Shown: piece after piece, positions 24,605 through 36,822 of the stretch
Layout of the letters: each line of letters begins with the position of its first letter
How positions within the stretch are numbered: position 1 is the first letter of the stretch
From: Welwitschia mirabilis
Lineage: Eukaryota
Direction of reading: 5' to 3'
Assembly (NCBI GenBank): GCA_051453625.1
Contig: JBOZIK010000001.1
Span: 43,207,811 to 43,263,038, forward strand
DNA: 55,228 nt
The notes under the pieces: generated by a model
What the model was told of the DNA's origin: nothing
Databases searched by the model: none
What the model saw: the letters and a program-made list of their open reading frames with translations, nothing else
Made by a program: the position numbers and the translations under genes

Positions 24605-26089
24605 TGGCTGTTCTTCTCCTATAATTAATACCGTACCTTTAAGATCTCCTTCACAAAAGTTGGATAGTGCTAGATTATAGTACTATAGACTCATATCAAC
24701 ATGCCTTAAAAATTCACATCTATTTTCTTTAGACCATTAACTTCTTGAAAAATATGTATAGCCAGAGGTTATCACTCATAGCAATAATACTAAGGCATAA
24801 AATCCTTTTCTTTTTTACTCAAATATTGATTTTTATTTTTTATCTCTTATTTCTCTTTCATACTTTTTATGCAACTAATAACTAAATTAATTCCTAATGC
24901 CATTATTCTAACTTTACTGATTTATAGTAAAGTATAATTCATTATTATTTGTTATTTTCTTCCATGCATGCAAGTATCTTAACAACTTTAATAATATGCG
25001 AATTCCTTTATGGTTAATCAAGGTTATATAAATTTTTATAATTATGTCTTTCATTATATTTTATAATACAACTCTTAGCCCAAAAACATTTCATCACATT
25101 CCAAATATTATTTTACCATTTAATGTACATTTTTACTATTCTCTAATGAGTTTAAAAATCTGATAAACAAACTTCATTTGCAAATATTTGCTGCCTATTC
25201 AAGATTCTATAAATTTCTATTTGTATGTATCATTTCTTTTGTGAATTTCAAATAGTATTATGTTTTTCCATTTTCTTTTTTATATTATTTTGATTTTTAT
25301 TATTTTTCTTGATAGTTTGGAATTTGATAAACAAATTGTAGTTATGATAACTTTCTTTCTTTTAAAAATTCTATAAAATTTTGATTAAGAATTATGCCTA
25401 ATGTACAAGGTGTGATTATTGTGCATTCTGTATGTTATTGGTTTCCATTTGTGGACAACAAGGAAGGTATGTAAATCTTAAGTTAGAAATTGTAAACCTA
25501 GGAGAAATTAATTTAGCCATTCTATTAATGATGCTTAACTCAGTTTTTATATGTATATATTATCATTACCTTTTTATAAAACATAGTCTATAACATTTAA
25601 GTATGGATTTTATAGTTCATAGGAATACTTCTTGATTTTGCATATCTAGATTAATTTATTATTCAAATAGTGGTTGGAGGCTTTTTATAAGAAAGTTTTA
25701 AGAGTAAATAAAAATCTATTTAATAGTGATAAAATGTAAAAACACTTGACATTTAGCAAAGCATTTAAAAAATATAGTTCAAGGTGTTATTTAATCTATA
25801 GGATAATAATAAATTGGGCTAAAAGAAATTCAAGAAAAACTACAAAAAAAACAAATGCAAGACAAATAGGATAACATAAGGGAGAAGATCAAACCATTTT
25901 TTTGTTAAATAAAACACTAGTAAAAGTTAACAATAATGATTAGTAAGAAAAAATAAATATGAACAATACATTGGTTATTGTTCTAGCTTAATGCTAATTA
26001 GTATTTATGAAAACTTTAGTAACTCTTGAACTACATTTGCTGTTCCTAATGAATAAATAGTCATGATAGACACAAACATCCCATTTTAG

Positions 26090-26790
26090 AAAGATGATTC
26101 CTATCTCTTCTTGTAACTAAAATTTATGTATAAAACATGCAAAATTTATCTGCACAACATCACATTCCAAAAATATCTAGTTAATAAAGTATAGTTCTTT
26201 ATCTAAATGATCATGATTAAGAAGATCAAAAACATATCTATGATGCTCAATTAAGGATGAAATTCCATAACATTTCATGAAATTAAAGTATTATAAATCT
26301 TCTTCTACCAAACCTACATGGAAATAGATAGATAAAATAGAAATTAGTGTGACATCATTTGGTTAAATGTTTTTGGTAACCATACTTTGAAAGACCTATA
26401 TGGCTTCCTTACCACCATCATGCATGACATAACTAGTAGTCATTGTAGTAATTAATACAACATCATGTAAAATAATTATCTTACCTTTTCAATACTTTTC
26501 ATGCTATAAATATATAAAAAGTAAAAATGTGAATTCCCCAATGTTTTACTTTTATGCTTGCCTATGATGCAATCTTCCCTTTTTACTATCATCTACCCCA
26601 CTTTCTACTACTAATTCTCACAACACTATTGCCATTTCTTATTTCTTGTGGTATTTATTATTTTTAATCCTTCAAAAGACATTTGATATGGTTCTATGGC
26701 ATGCTTCTATCTTAGAGCAAATCCACTTTGACTAAGTAGACAATTTACCAATTTGGTTATGACACTTATTTTACTTTATTCTACACTATA
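26090..26790 (-). pseudogene. PLS-class pentatricopeptide repeat (PPR) gene relic (P2-L2-S2-E region)
   Basis: Minus-strand translation DVVLITTMTTSYVMHDGGKEAI*VFQSMVTKNI*PNDVTLISILSIYFHVGLVEEDL*YFNFMKCYGISSLIEHHRYVFDLLNHDHLDKELYFIN*IFLECDVV matches the PLS consensus DVVSWTAMISGYAMHG.G.EAL..F..M....PN.VTF.S.LSACSH.GLVEEG..YF..M...YGI.P..EHYAC.VDLLGRAG.L.EA..FI..MP.EPD. Weaker motifs lie upstream (YSMKSIEKVR*LF). Confidence 0.85.
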
Positions 26791-28413
26791 ATCATAGTAC
26801 ATACCATTAATTTTAGAAGACTTCTCAATGATTAAGTCCAAAAATATTTTGTCCCATTTAGCTAATGAAAATAACATTCTCTTTAAAAGATGCTTAACTT
26901 CATGATTAAGGGTTATTTATTCAAAAAGATGGAACCACATCTTTATTCCATCTCATTTTTAGAATCATAGTTCAAAACTTTATGAGACTCATATTCATTA
27001 AGAGAATCAAGTAAATGATTATTGTAAAGAATATAGTATTAAATAAGTAAAATGTATTTTATTGTTACCCTTCTAATCTAAAAAAATCAAAACCTATTGT
27101 GCTATTATATAATCCAAATATTTCCATTTAAATAAAGGAACAGAATACTATGCTATTTATACTCAACATCCCTATTTTCTTCCTTTCCTTCTCTACATTT
27201 TTTCAATCCTAATATACTTTCTTCTATTATTAAATTAACTCTTTTCTATGACTTTCTATACTTGTAAACTCTTTAGTACATCCTACTAAGCATGGTAGCA
27301 TCCTCTGATGTGGAAGCATCATTAGGATGATCCTCATCATAATATTCCTTATTTTTGATAACTTTTTTTATATCTTTGGTTTCTCGATTTTCTTCTTCTT
27401 CATTTTGAGATGAATTTTCCTTGAAAACTTACTTATCTAATGGTAAGTTATCATAACTAAGATTAATAAAGTTATGCTAAGTTATATTGTTAAGAATATT
27501 TAAAATCCTAAATTGAGAAAACCCTTAGAAGAGCAAATTTTTAGAAAGAAAAGTTTCATAAGTGATCCTATTTTAGAGCAAACCAAAACTATTGGTTGTG
27601 CAATAATTACTATAGAGCATTTTCCACAGGCATGGTTAGCCTCTTCCACAAGATATGGATATAAATTAGTCATTAAAATGATATCAAATCAAGATTAAAT
27701 AAATAGATAATGGCTACTAATAAGTAAATAATACCTGATTAGAAAATCATATATAATAGAAAAGGTAAATCTAAAGATATCCTTTTCTTCTTAAATTATT
27801 GAATTTAACTACAGTTTGCAAAATTGAGCATTTAACTTTTAACATTCACATTCTTGTGTTATAAATTTTATGATGATGAAATATTTAAAATTTTTAATAA
27901 ATAATTTGAATTCCAATATCATCTTAAAAAAGTATCTTTAGGATTTACCAACATTGATTAGTCTCTCAATTCATATATCTAAAGCATCGTTCATTATCTT
28001 TATCATTTTCATATGCTAGTTTAAAAGCCTTAGCTATTTTGGATCTAGTAAAGTGCCAAAAGGCATAAATTTCTCTACTTCCTCTATTATTTCTAGCACT
28101 AATTTAGCCTTACTAGATTCTTTTCTAAATATTGACAAAGATTAAGATCTTTTTTAATCTGCATTTTAATCAATTTGCCTTTACTACCTATTCTGAAGTG
28201 GTAGCATTTTCATGGTTTAAGTATTACCTTAAGCATGCTAGACTTCAATTTTTACTCAAGAATGACCTTTGCTTCATCTTACTAGTATGAATTTATCTAT
28301 TTCTACTATATATTCAAGCATTTATTTTTATCTATAATTAACAAAATTCTAGTTGAGCATTTATAATGTTTAGTAGTTCTGAGTATTTTGGTATCATACT
28401 GGTTTTTCTTATC

Positions 28414-28560
28414 AAAAGACATTACATCAAAAAGACATAATACATAATCAATAAAACCTTACATTAAGAAATATGTTACACCAAGAAGACATTACATCAA
28501 GAAGATGGTACATCAAGAAGACATGCGAAAAAATACATTACACTAAGAAGATGTTACAAA
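28414..28560 (+). repeat. Degenerate ~16 bp tandem repeat (aagaagacattacatc) within putative LTR F
   Basis: Several adjacent variants: aaaagacattacatc, aagaagacattacatc, aagaagatggtacatc, aagaagatgttaca. Confidence 0.8.
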
Positions 28561-29899
28561 ATCAATGTCATGATTACTCTTGATTTGTTACTACTCCTTG
28601 GTAATCTAAATATTCAATCCAAACCTATAAATATCCACATTAGGCTATCCATACACTTATATTTGATGCATTAATTGGTCTTATGATGATTTAAATATCG
28701 ATTAAGCAAGGGATTCATCCTAGTTACAAAGANNNNNNNNNNNNNNNNNNNNNNNNNNNNNNNNNNNNNNNNNNNNNNNNNNNNNNNNNNNNNNNNNNNN
28801 NNNNNNNNNNNNNNNNNNNNNNNNNNNNNNNNNNNNNNNNNNNNNNNNNNNNNNNNNNNNNNNNNNNNNNNNNNNNNNNNNNNNNNNNNNNNNNNNNNNN
28901 NNNNNNNNNNNNNNNNNNNNNNNNNNNNNNNNNNNNNNNNNNNNNNNNNNNNNNNNNNNNNNNNNNNNNNNNNNNNNNNNNNNNNNNNNNNNNNNNNNNN
29001 NNNNNNNNNNNNNNNNNNNNNNNNNNNNNNNNNNNNNNNNNNNNNNNNNNNNNNNNNNNNNNNNNNNNNNNNNNNNNNNNNNNNNNNNNNNNNNNNNNNN
29101 NNNNNNNNNNNNNNNNNNNNNNNNNNNNNNNNNNNNNNNNNNNNNNNNNNNNNNNNNNNNNNNNNNNNNNNNNNNNNNNNNNNNNNNNNNNNNNNNNNNN
29201 NNNNNNNNNNNNNNNNNNNNNNNNNNNNNNNNNNNNNNNNNNNNNNNNNNNNNNNNNNNNNNNNNNNNNNNNNNNNNNNNNNNNNNNNNNNNNNNNNNNN
29301 NNNNNNNNNNNNNNNNNNNNNNNNNNNNNNNNNNNNNNNNNNNNNNNNNNNNNNNNNNNNNNNNNNNNNNNNNNNNNNNNNNNNNNNNNNAGTATTGGGA
29401 TGTGTCTTCTTCATTAAGGCATCCTTTTTTTATAAGAGGATATGAACATTTTAATTAATAAATATATTCATTAAAGTATTATTTAAAATTACTTTTTGAT
29501 CATTTTTATAGTTTATGTTAATTTCATTTAAGTAATAGTGATTTGTAATTGATATAAATTATGAGGGCCAACTTGGATGACAACAAGTTGGTGCACACTT
29601 GGTTAGGATTTACATTTAGGTTGAATCCTTCTTTACATCTTGCATTTAGTTACTACATTATTGCATTTTCATTAATTTATTTTAAACTTATAATTGGAAA
29701 AAATTTTAGTGTCCCTCTTTTTGATTAAAGCAATCTTCAAAGTTCTATCTTAGGATTCCTCTCTAGAGTATGACATTTAGATTAAATCCCATAGACCAAT
29801 GTGTTTTATGCAAGTTTTATTGAGATTTTGGGAATTAAAGATAAAGGATTCATTGGATAAAAATACTATATTAATCACATGATTTACATCCCAATAAAT

Positions 29900-29915
29900 T
29901 GGCATTGTTTATGGG
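29900..29915 (+). promoter_or_regulatory. Putative PBS, tRNA-Lys-like
   Basis: tggcattgtttatggg differs from TGGCGCCGTCTGTGGG only by transitions. Confidence 0.5.
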
Positions 29916-29961
29916 GGGGGAAGGGAGTTGGTGGTGGGTGGGGGGGGGGGAGGGGGGGGAG
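29913..29961 (+). repeat. G-rich tract with multiple G-runs (potential G-quadruplex)
   Basis: gggggggg aa ggg agtt ggtggt ggg t ggggggggggg a gggggggg. Confidence 0.75.
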
Positions 29962-32265
29962 AGTTTAAGAAAGTTTGAAAGATTGAATCTCATTGCATAT
30001 GTAACAAATCTGATTTTAAGTTATTTACTTGTGTAATATGTACAGATAGTTTTTCTTTTGTTTTCTTCCTTTAGATTATATTTTTTCTTTTTTAGTTTAT
30101 CTTGAATATTTTCTTTCTTAATTTTATTTTTATTTTAATTAGTCTTATAGTTTTGCCTCTATTTTTAATATCTGTGAGTTTTCATTTCCTTGTTATTATT
30201 AGTTTTATGTGTTAAATTAAAGACTCCTACTTTAGGAATGCTTTTTGCACTTAGTTTAATCCTTGAAATTTTCCTCTAAAATTTATATTTATCTTGTGCT
30301 TTTAATATTGTTAAATGCTTGGTTAGTAAGATTGATGTTCACCTTGTGCTTTGAGAGATCCTAATAATTATCTCATTTACTANNNNNNNNNNNNNNNNNN
30401 NNNNNNNNNNNNNNNNNNNNNNNNNNNNNNNNNNNNNNNNNNNNNNNNNNNNNNNNNNNNNNNNNNNNNNNNNNNNNNNNNNNNNNNNNNNNNNNNNNNN
30501 NNNNNNNNNNNNNNNNNNNNNNNNNNNNNNNNNNNNNNNNNNNNNNNNNNNNNNNNNNNNNNNNNNNNNNNNNNNNNNNNNNNNNNNNNNNNNNNNNNNN
30601 NNNNNNNNNNNNNNNNNNNNNNNNNNNNNNNNNNNNNNNNNNNNNNNNNNNNNNNNNNNNNNNNNNNNNNNNNNNNNNNNNNNNNNNNNNNNNNNNNNNN
30701 NNNNNNNNNNNNNNNNNNNNNNNNNNNNNNNNNNNNNNNNNNNNNNNNNNNNNNNNNNNNNNNNNNNNNNNNNNNNNNNNNNNNNNNNNNNNNNNNNNNN
30801 NNNNNNNNNNNNNNNNNNNNNNNNNNNNNNNNNNNNNNNNNNNNNNNNNNNNNNNNNNNNNNNNNNNNNNNNNNNNNNNNNNNNNNNNNNNNNNNNNNNN
30901 NNNNNNNNNNNNNNNNNNNNNNNNNNNNNNNNNNNNNNNNNNNNNNNNNNNNNNNNNNNNNNNNNNNNNNNNNNNNNNNNNNNNNNNNNNNNNNNNNNNN
31001 NNNNNNNNNNNNNNNNNNNNNNNNNNNNNNNNNNNNNNNNNNNNNNNNNNNNNNNNNNNNNNNNNNNNNNNNNNNNNNNNNNNNNNNNNNNNNNNNNNNN
31101 NNNNNNNNNNNNNNNNNNNNNNNNNNNNNNNNNNNNNNNNNGTATACCCACCAAGTTCTTTCAATCATTCAATTAATCAAGATTATTCCCTTCATTATTT
31201 GATAGAAGAAATTTAGATAATAAAATAAACTACCCAAAAAACATTAAAAAAATAAAAACATTGCAAACTTTGTAGGTATAATTTAAAAAACAATGTTATG
31301 AAATCAACTATCTCAAGGTTCTCTTATAATATAACATTCTTAAACCCCTATGACTATGTCTACTATATTCTACCTTGAGAACAAGGAGGAAAACATTAAA
31401 ATTACTACACATAGTAAGAACTTATATTTTGATGGTAAACATTTAAATGGTTAATGTCCAACAAAAGATATTCAATATAATCACAATGAATTTTCAAGTG
31501 ACTAATTAAATAATAATGATGAGGATGATAATTCATCAGATGGTGGTATAAACATGCTAGATTATATTCCCATTATCTATTTACTATTAGAAAAGCAATG
31601 TAAAATAGAGGAATTAATTCATAATAAATGTAGAATATTTTCAATCTATGATAAAGATAAATATCACATTTCTCTTTGTGATCTTTTTAAGGAATCTAAT
31701 AATTTGGAAAATGATGATATGCAATAACATTATGATTTAAATAATGGAGAAAAGGAGGATAGGAAAGAACTAATATAGATTCAAAAAAATAAAATAAAAT
31801 AATAAACTCATTACATCTCATAAAGCAATTCAATGTGAAATCCTATAAAAATTGTTTCTTCATCTCTCTCACATATGCATTCAAGTAAAAATCAAAATGC
31901 CATTGTTTTTATACCACAAATCCCACATTACATTCTACTTTTGACAAATATGATTTAGGATTTCTGGGAGCATTAAATTAAGAAAAGCCTTACCTTCTTG
32001 ATAAAAGTTCATGTCTTAAGATCAATCTTAGGAAGCTTCTTAGTCTCATTAAACATGCCATAATCAATCATTCTAAGAAGCCTTTAAAAATTTCTTAGAT
32101 CCATTCTTTGAGTAGTGTCATTAGTAAATAAGGAAATGATAACCATGTTTTATATCAATTTAATAAGAGATTATATTTTAATGAAATTTATCAATTATTC
32201 ATCTCTTATTTATTTTGTGAGATTTGTGTTATTAAGGTATTATCAATTTATTTTTTTACTAATTG

Positions 32266-32682
32266 TATAATGTTCTAAATTTATCAATTATATAATTAAG
32301 TGTTTTAAGTGCTAATTGAGTGTAGTTATCAAAGATGTGAATGGGTGTAATCTAAATATGAAAAGATGTATCCATTTATTATGTAATATAATCCTATAGA
32401 ATTAGGTGAGGGTGGATAGATTAGATAGATGTAGTCAATGACAACCTTGGATGATCCCCAACGGTCCCAAGAGGGGGACTAAGATCATAATCTATGTTTT
32501 TACCCATAATCACTAATCCAAGGCTATTTTCTAATGATGAGGAATGTAATCTATGGCTATCAATAATAAAATCCTTGTTCTCTTTAAATTATTCTTTGTT
32601 ATTCCTATGAATCCTAGCATATTCTTTTTTAATATTTCTTATTATACAAAGTGATCTGGAAATAGTAAAATATAACATTACA
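32266..32682 (+). repeat. Chromovirus 5' LTR (L1)
   Basis: ~417 bp, colinear with L2 and L3. Ends ATTACA and is followed by tgggatcacag (32685-32695), resembling the tRNA-iMet PBS TGGTATCAGAG. Confidence 0.88.
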
Positions 32683-32869
32683 TTTGGGATCACAGTAAAT
32701 AACAAGTAGTAAATTGCTAGTTAATGAAAATAAAAAAAGAACTCAGTTTGTAAATAAAACAACAAAAGACCAAATAGTACATCAAAGTACAGGAATATGA
32801 TGATCAAAGAAAATAAGGTGCTAGTGGAAATAGGGTGCATGACATCTTGATAAGAAAAGTCAAACATCA

Positions 32870-35800
32870 TTACTGAGGAGCAAGGAGATCCTCCATAGAG
32901 AAGGCAACAAGGTTGTAACCCTTTATGCCTAAGATAGGAGGTTTCATGCCACTTGGAATACTTCCATTCTAGTAGGATATGTAGGAATCACCACAGTATC
33001 AATTTCAATTGAAGAAGAAGTTACTACAGAATCTGCCCCAGTAATAGGATATGGCTACTTATAGACGTTCATATGAATCTTACTATAAGCAACCAAAGTC
33101 CCCAATAGATGTTTCTTTTAAGATCCTCATCATGATATAGCACATTAATGTCATTAATAGTAATGGTCAAATGATTTGCATAAGCCTGAATCATCCTCTT
33201 ACTCTTTGCTAGTCAAGTAGATAAGATAGTCTGATTTTCTTCTGTTGCACTCATATGAGAAGTACCTTCTCGTGATTTATTCTCTATCAAGTGCATGTTT
33301 TCCACCTCATTCTCTAGCATCTAGAGGGAATCACTCATGGACTTCCATTCTTCAATCTTATGACAAGCCATGTAATAGAAGGACTCCATCATATTAACCA
33401 TGTTGTAGAAGTTTTGAAGCAGACCAAGTCATTCACACTATAAAAAATAGAGGGGAGTTAAACAAGCAGAATGGCTGTACTCAAAGTACCATGGTATATC
33501 TACTACCTTAGATCGATGTTGTGGTGTGAATTTATGCAATGTTTCATGCCTTGATCTAAATCTTGTTTATTACAAATAAGATGCACAAACATAGCATGCT
33601 AGTATAGTCGAAAGTGATTCAAATGTCATAATTATGTCGAAGGCCAATAGTATGAAAACAATAGAGTTGATTTCAAGATACAAATATGTAACCTTAATCT
33701 ACTGAATTAAACTGCAATGCATAGAATTGAAATAATGATGCAAAACTAGTCTATGAAAAGAAATAATGATGCACCTATCTAATCAAGCTCAACCTTGACA
33801 AAGACTACCCTCATAATCTATATAATAGAAGAAACCTGTCATGAATCTTAAATAACATAAACTATGAGGGATAAGTTCCTGAAAATATTAACAAAAAGGA
33901 TAATTCATATTAAAAATCATAAAAGCATCTGCATTACAAAGTAGCCATTTATCAATAAAGGAAACATCACCCAACACCAAGGGAATGTCTCTCTGTAATC
34001 GCTGGATGATTCTTCGGTCCTAAGATCTCCTATCACACGTCTATCAGGTACTATTGAAGATGATTAGTAACTGAGGAAAAGACCTTTATTTAGAGNNNNN
34101 NNNNNNNNNNNNNNNNNNNNNNNNNNNNNNNNNNNNNNNNNNNNNNNNNNNNNNNNNNNNNNNNNNNNNNNNNNNNNNNNNNNNNNNNNNNNNNNTATCA
34201 GGTACTATTGAAGATGATTAGGAACTGAGGAAAAGACCTTTATTTAGAGACAAAAAAGAAAGGGAAACTGATAGAGAAGTAGAAAAGAAACCCTAACTAT
34301 CATGCAAAGTAAAGTTGCAAAGAAGTGGCGATAACTTAGGAAAATATTCGATAAAAGTATGAGAAAACAGTGTCATCTTCACTATCATCTAGACAAAATA
34401 GGAAATGATGAAGATTGACAATGAGATATCTATTCAACTCCTAGTCTAACTGCTTATCAACTGCATGTGAACTTGTTATCACCCTGTCTGAGATGTCGTC
34501 CACTACTGACGTCTAGACGATGCAGTGGACAGTGATATTTTCTTAATCTTAAGTCAGCCTAATCACTTATTGTTTGTGGGAATAATTATCCAAAAATACA
34601 ATTTATCCATATCTACATGAAATGCTTGTAATTTATCTAAAAACTGCATGTCTTCATTCTCTTCATCTCGGTTCCTGATTATCATAGGAATTAAGCATTT
34701 ATGTATTAATTTACCTATAAAACAACTCAGAATACCCTATCAAATACATGTAAGTTGGCAGCGCAACAACCAACGATGATTGTAGATGTTATTTAGGTGT
34801 GAAGGTTACATGACCTATGTATGCAAGAGGCTAGAAAGGACTAATAAGCCCCCAATTGATCTATCATCTCCTTAACCTTAGGGTAATAGGTCTCCACCAC
34901 TGACAAGATCTAATTGATTTAGTAAGATACTTAGCCCTGTTCATTTACAATGGACTATGGAGATACAAGCATACAGTGATAAGGCTTTACACAAGGGTAA
35001 GCAACATAAGGAATATAACCTAAAGGCTGAAAATAAGAGGTGGTATAGGATATATCCCCTTGATCCATTAATGTATCAAAACTTTTAAGTACCTCTTTCC
35101 TTGGAGAATTGAAAGGAAACAATAAATCCATGAAGAGGCCATTAGAAGGAATAGAAGAAAAAGTTTTACTTATAGCGATGCACTCCTTTCTTAGCTACCA
35201 AAGGGATAGCATCTCTAGAGGTTATGAGATAAAATCCATATCCTCCTTGATTAAAGTCTCTACATGAGAAACTTAAAATAAGATGCCTATGTAAAAAAAA
35301 AGAACAAAGAAAAAAAAAAGATATGGGGGTGGAAAAGGGAAGAAAGAAAAATAAGAGATGGTAATAAGTAATACCTCATAGGGCCTATGTTATTGAGAAA
35401 AGCTAAGGGTGCATCCTCTTCTTCTTCTGGTTCCACAAGCACAAGGTGATTCACTAGAGCTTTGTCACATTTTTGGCTAGAAGAGTCACAATATTATGAG
35501 GTTTTACTCATCTATAAACACCAAATAATAAACAACAGAGTCATTAAAAACATATTTAATGGAAAAATTCCTTAGCAAAATCCATACCTTAGATGAAATA
35601 GAAAATGTTCCATAAGATGTTTCTCTACGGTCATAACTCCTGGAACCTTTGCCCTCCATAGATGAGAAAGAATAAGAATGTAATTAAGACTATGCAGGGG
35701 TCTCATGAGGAAATAAAAAAAAGGAGAAATCTACAAAAATAGCCCTAAATGATTTTAAACCCCCTGACCCCATAGAAGCAAAATATACACCTAATAAGAT

Positions 35801-36660
35801 ATACCCACAAAATTACTTTCCCCTATTTTAATTCCTATTCAAGGGGGTTAACTAGGAAAGGGTGGAGGAACAGATGATCGAAGCCTAATCTAAAGAAATT
35901 CCATTAGTCAGAAAAATGAATAAGTAAATTATGCAAGTGGGCATCTCACTTACCCAATCATGAACAAAGGCCTTACTAGCAATAAAAGTCCCATAAGCTA
36001 TAAAATATGAAATGGTAAAATTATCAGTAAAGATCTCATGGCGATGGGTATCCATCTCCTACACACATACAAAATCATCTAAGTAACTATCCAAGAAGTA
36101 ATAAAGGTACTTATTAAAATAAGAAACTTTGGGAAAAACATGATTACCTTCACTCATTCTAAAGATTACCTAGATTCTTCTTCCAAAATTTAAATTGAAC
36201 CATGATGAGTATGGGTAATAATAGCATTGCATGAATCAAAAGAAGAGTACAAAGAATTAAGGATGAAAAGAATGGTAGGATGATGAAAACAGAAGGATGA
36301 AAAGCCACAAAAATCTAAGAGAATAGAGGCAAAGATCCAAGAAAACCCTTTTTCTAAAGCACATTACTATATTTCCAATTTTGCAGACCTGACATTCATA
36401 GAATTCCAAGAAATAGCAAGGCAGCCATACCTTGACCTGAGGAAGAAGTGCATCCATGAACATTAGAGGAGAACTCATATTTATAGATCAATGTAGATTG
36501 TGAAAGGGCCTACATAAAAAACAAGGGAAAAAAAGAAAAAGAAAATATTAAATAAAAGAAGAAAAGAAATTAAAAAAATATAAAAATATCAAAGAAAGAG
36601 ATAAGCAAAAGAATAAGAAAAGAAGACTTACCAATTTGATTTTGGAGGCACGTGATAAAA
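32870..36660 (-). pseudogene. Decayed antisense multi-exon gene of unknown function between chromovirus PBS and gag
   Basis: Alternating higher-GC exon-like and T-rich intron-like blocks on the minus strand. Donors: GTAAGT (36631, 35953), GTATGG (36430, 35587), GTATTA (35374). Acceptors: Y-tract-TAG (36510, 35512, 35287). Long frames at 35280-34770 and 33430-33100 are broken only by TAA/TAG/TGA codons explicable by C>T. Confidence 0.6.
33517..34768 (-). mobile_element. Athila-like solo LTR
   Basis: TGTTGCGCTGCCAAC...CACCACAACA termini with no adjacent PBS or PPT. Flanks atcga (33512-33516) / accaa (34769-34773) both derive from TSD ACCGA. Confidence 0.88.
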
Positions 36661-36690
36661 AAAGTAAATAAAATGAGGGGATCATAGCTC

Positions 36691-36728
36691 TTTTTATAGT
36701 GGTGGATTAGGGTTTAACCTAACCCTAG
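36691..36728 (-). promoter_or_regulatory. Putative antisense promoter: TATA box plus telo-box
   Basis: Minus-strand TATAAAAA (36691-36698), exact AAACCCTAA (36707-36715) and an opposite-facing aaccctag (36721-36728), about 60 nt upstream of the first splice donor. Confidence 0.5.
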
Positions 36729-36822
36729 AGTAATAGTTAACTATAGTTAAATAAACCTTAGTTAAGTACAAACAACTTTGTTTAACTATGGAAAAATTGA
36801 GATATGGAACTGTAGTTTGACC

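Larger units (their letters stand above)
28351..32265 (+). mobile_element. 5' part of LTR element F (LTR ~28351-29896, PBS, UTR, decayed internal sequence); boundaries approximate
   Basis: TATA-like ctataaata at ~28624-28632. Blocks at 29391-29600 resemble the Athila-family LTR core. LTR-end-like ccaata is followed by a PBS-like site at 29900. Two large N gaps lie inside. Confidence 0.55.

Noticed and set aside
24660-24800. Weak PPR-like phrase YNLALSNFCEGDLKG on the minus strand
   Set aside because: Single isolated motif-like fragment without supporting neighbours.
27150-28320. Coding-like acidic/basic stretches on the minus strand
   Set aside because: No recognisable family motif and multiple stops, so a call cannot be supported.
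34042-34249. Near-perfect ~54 bp direct repeat flanking a gap
   Set aside because: Same 100-N overlap artefact; the single difference is likely allelic or an error.
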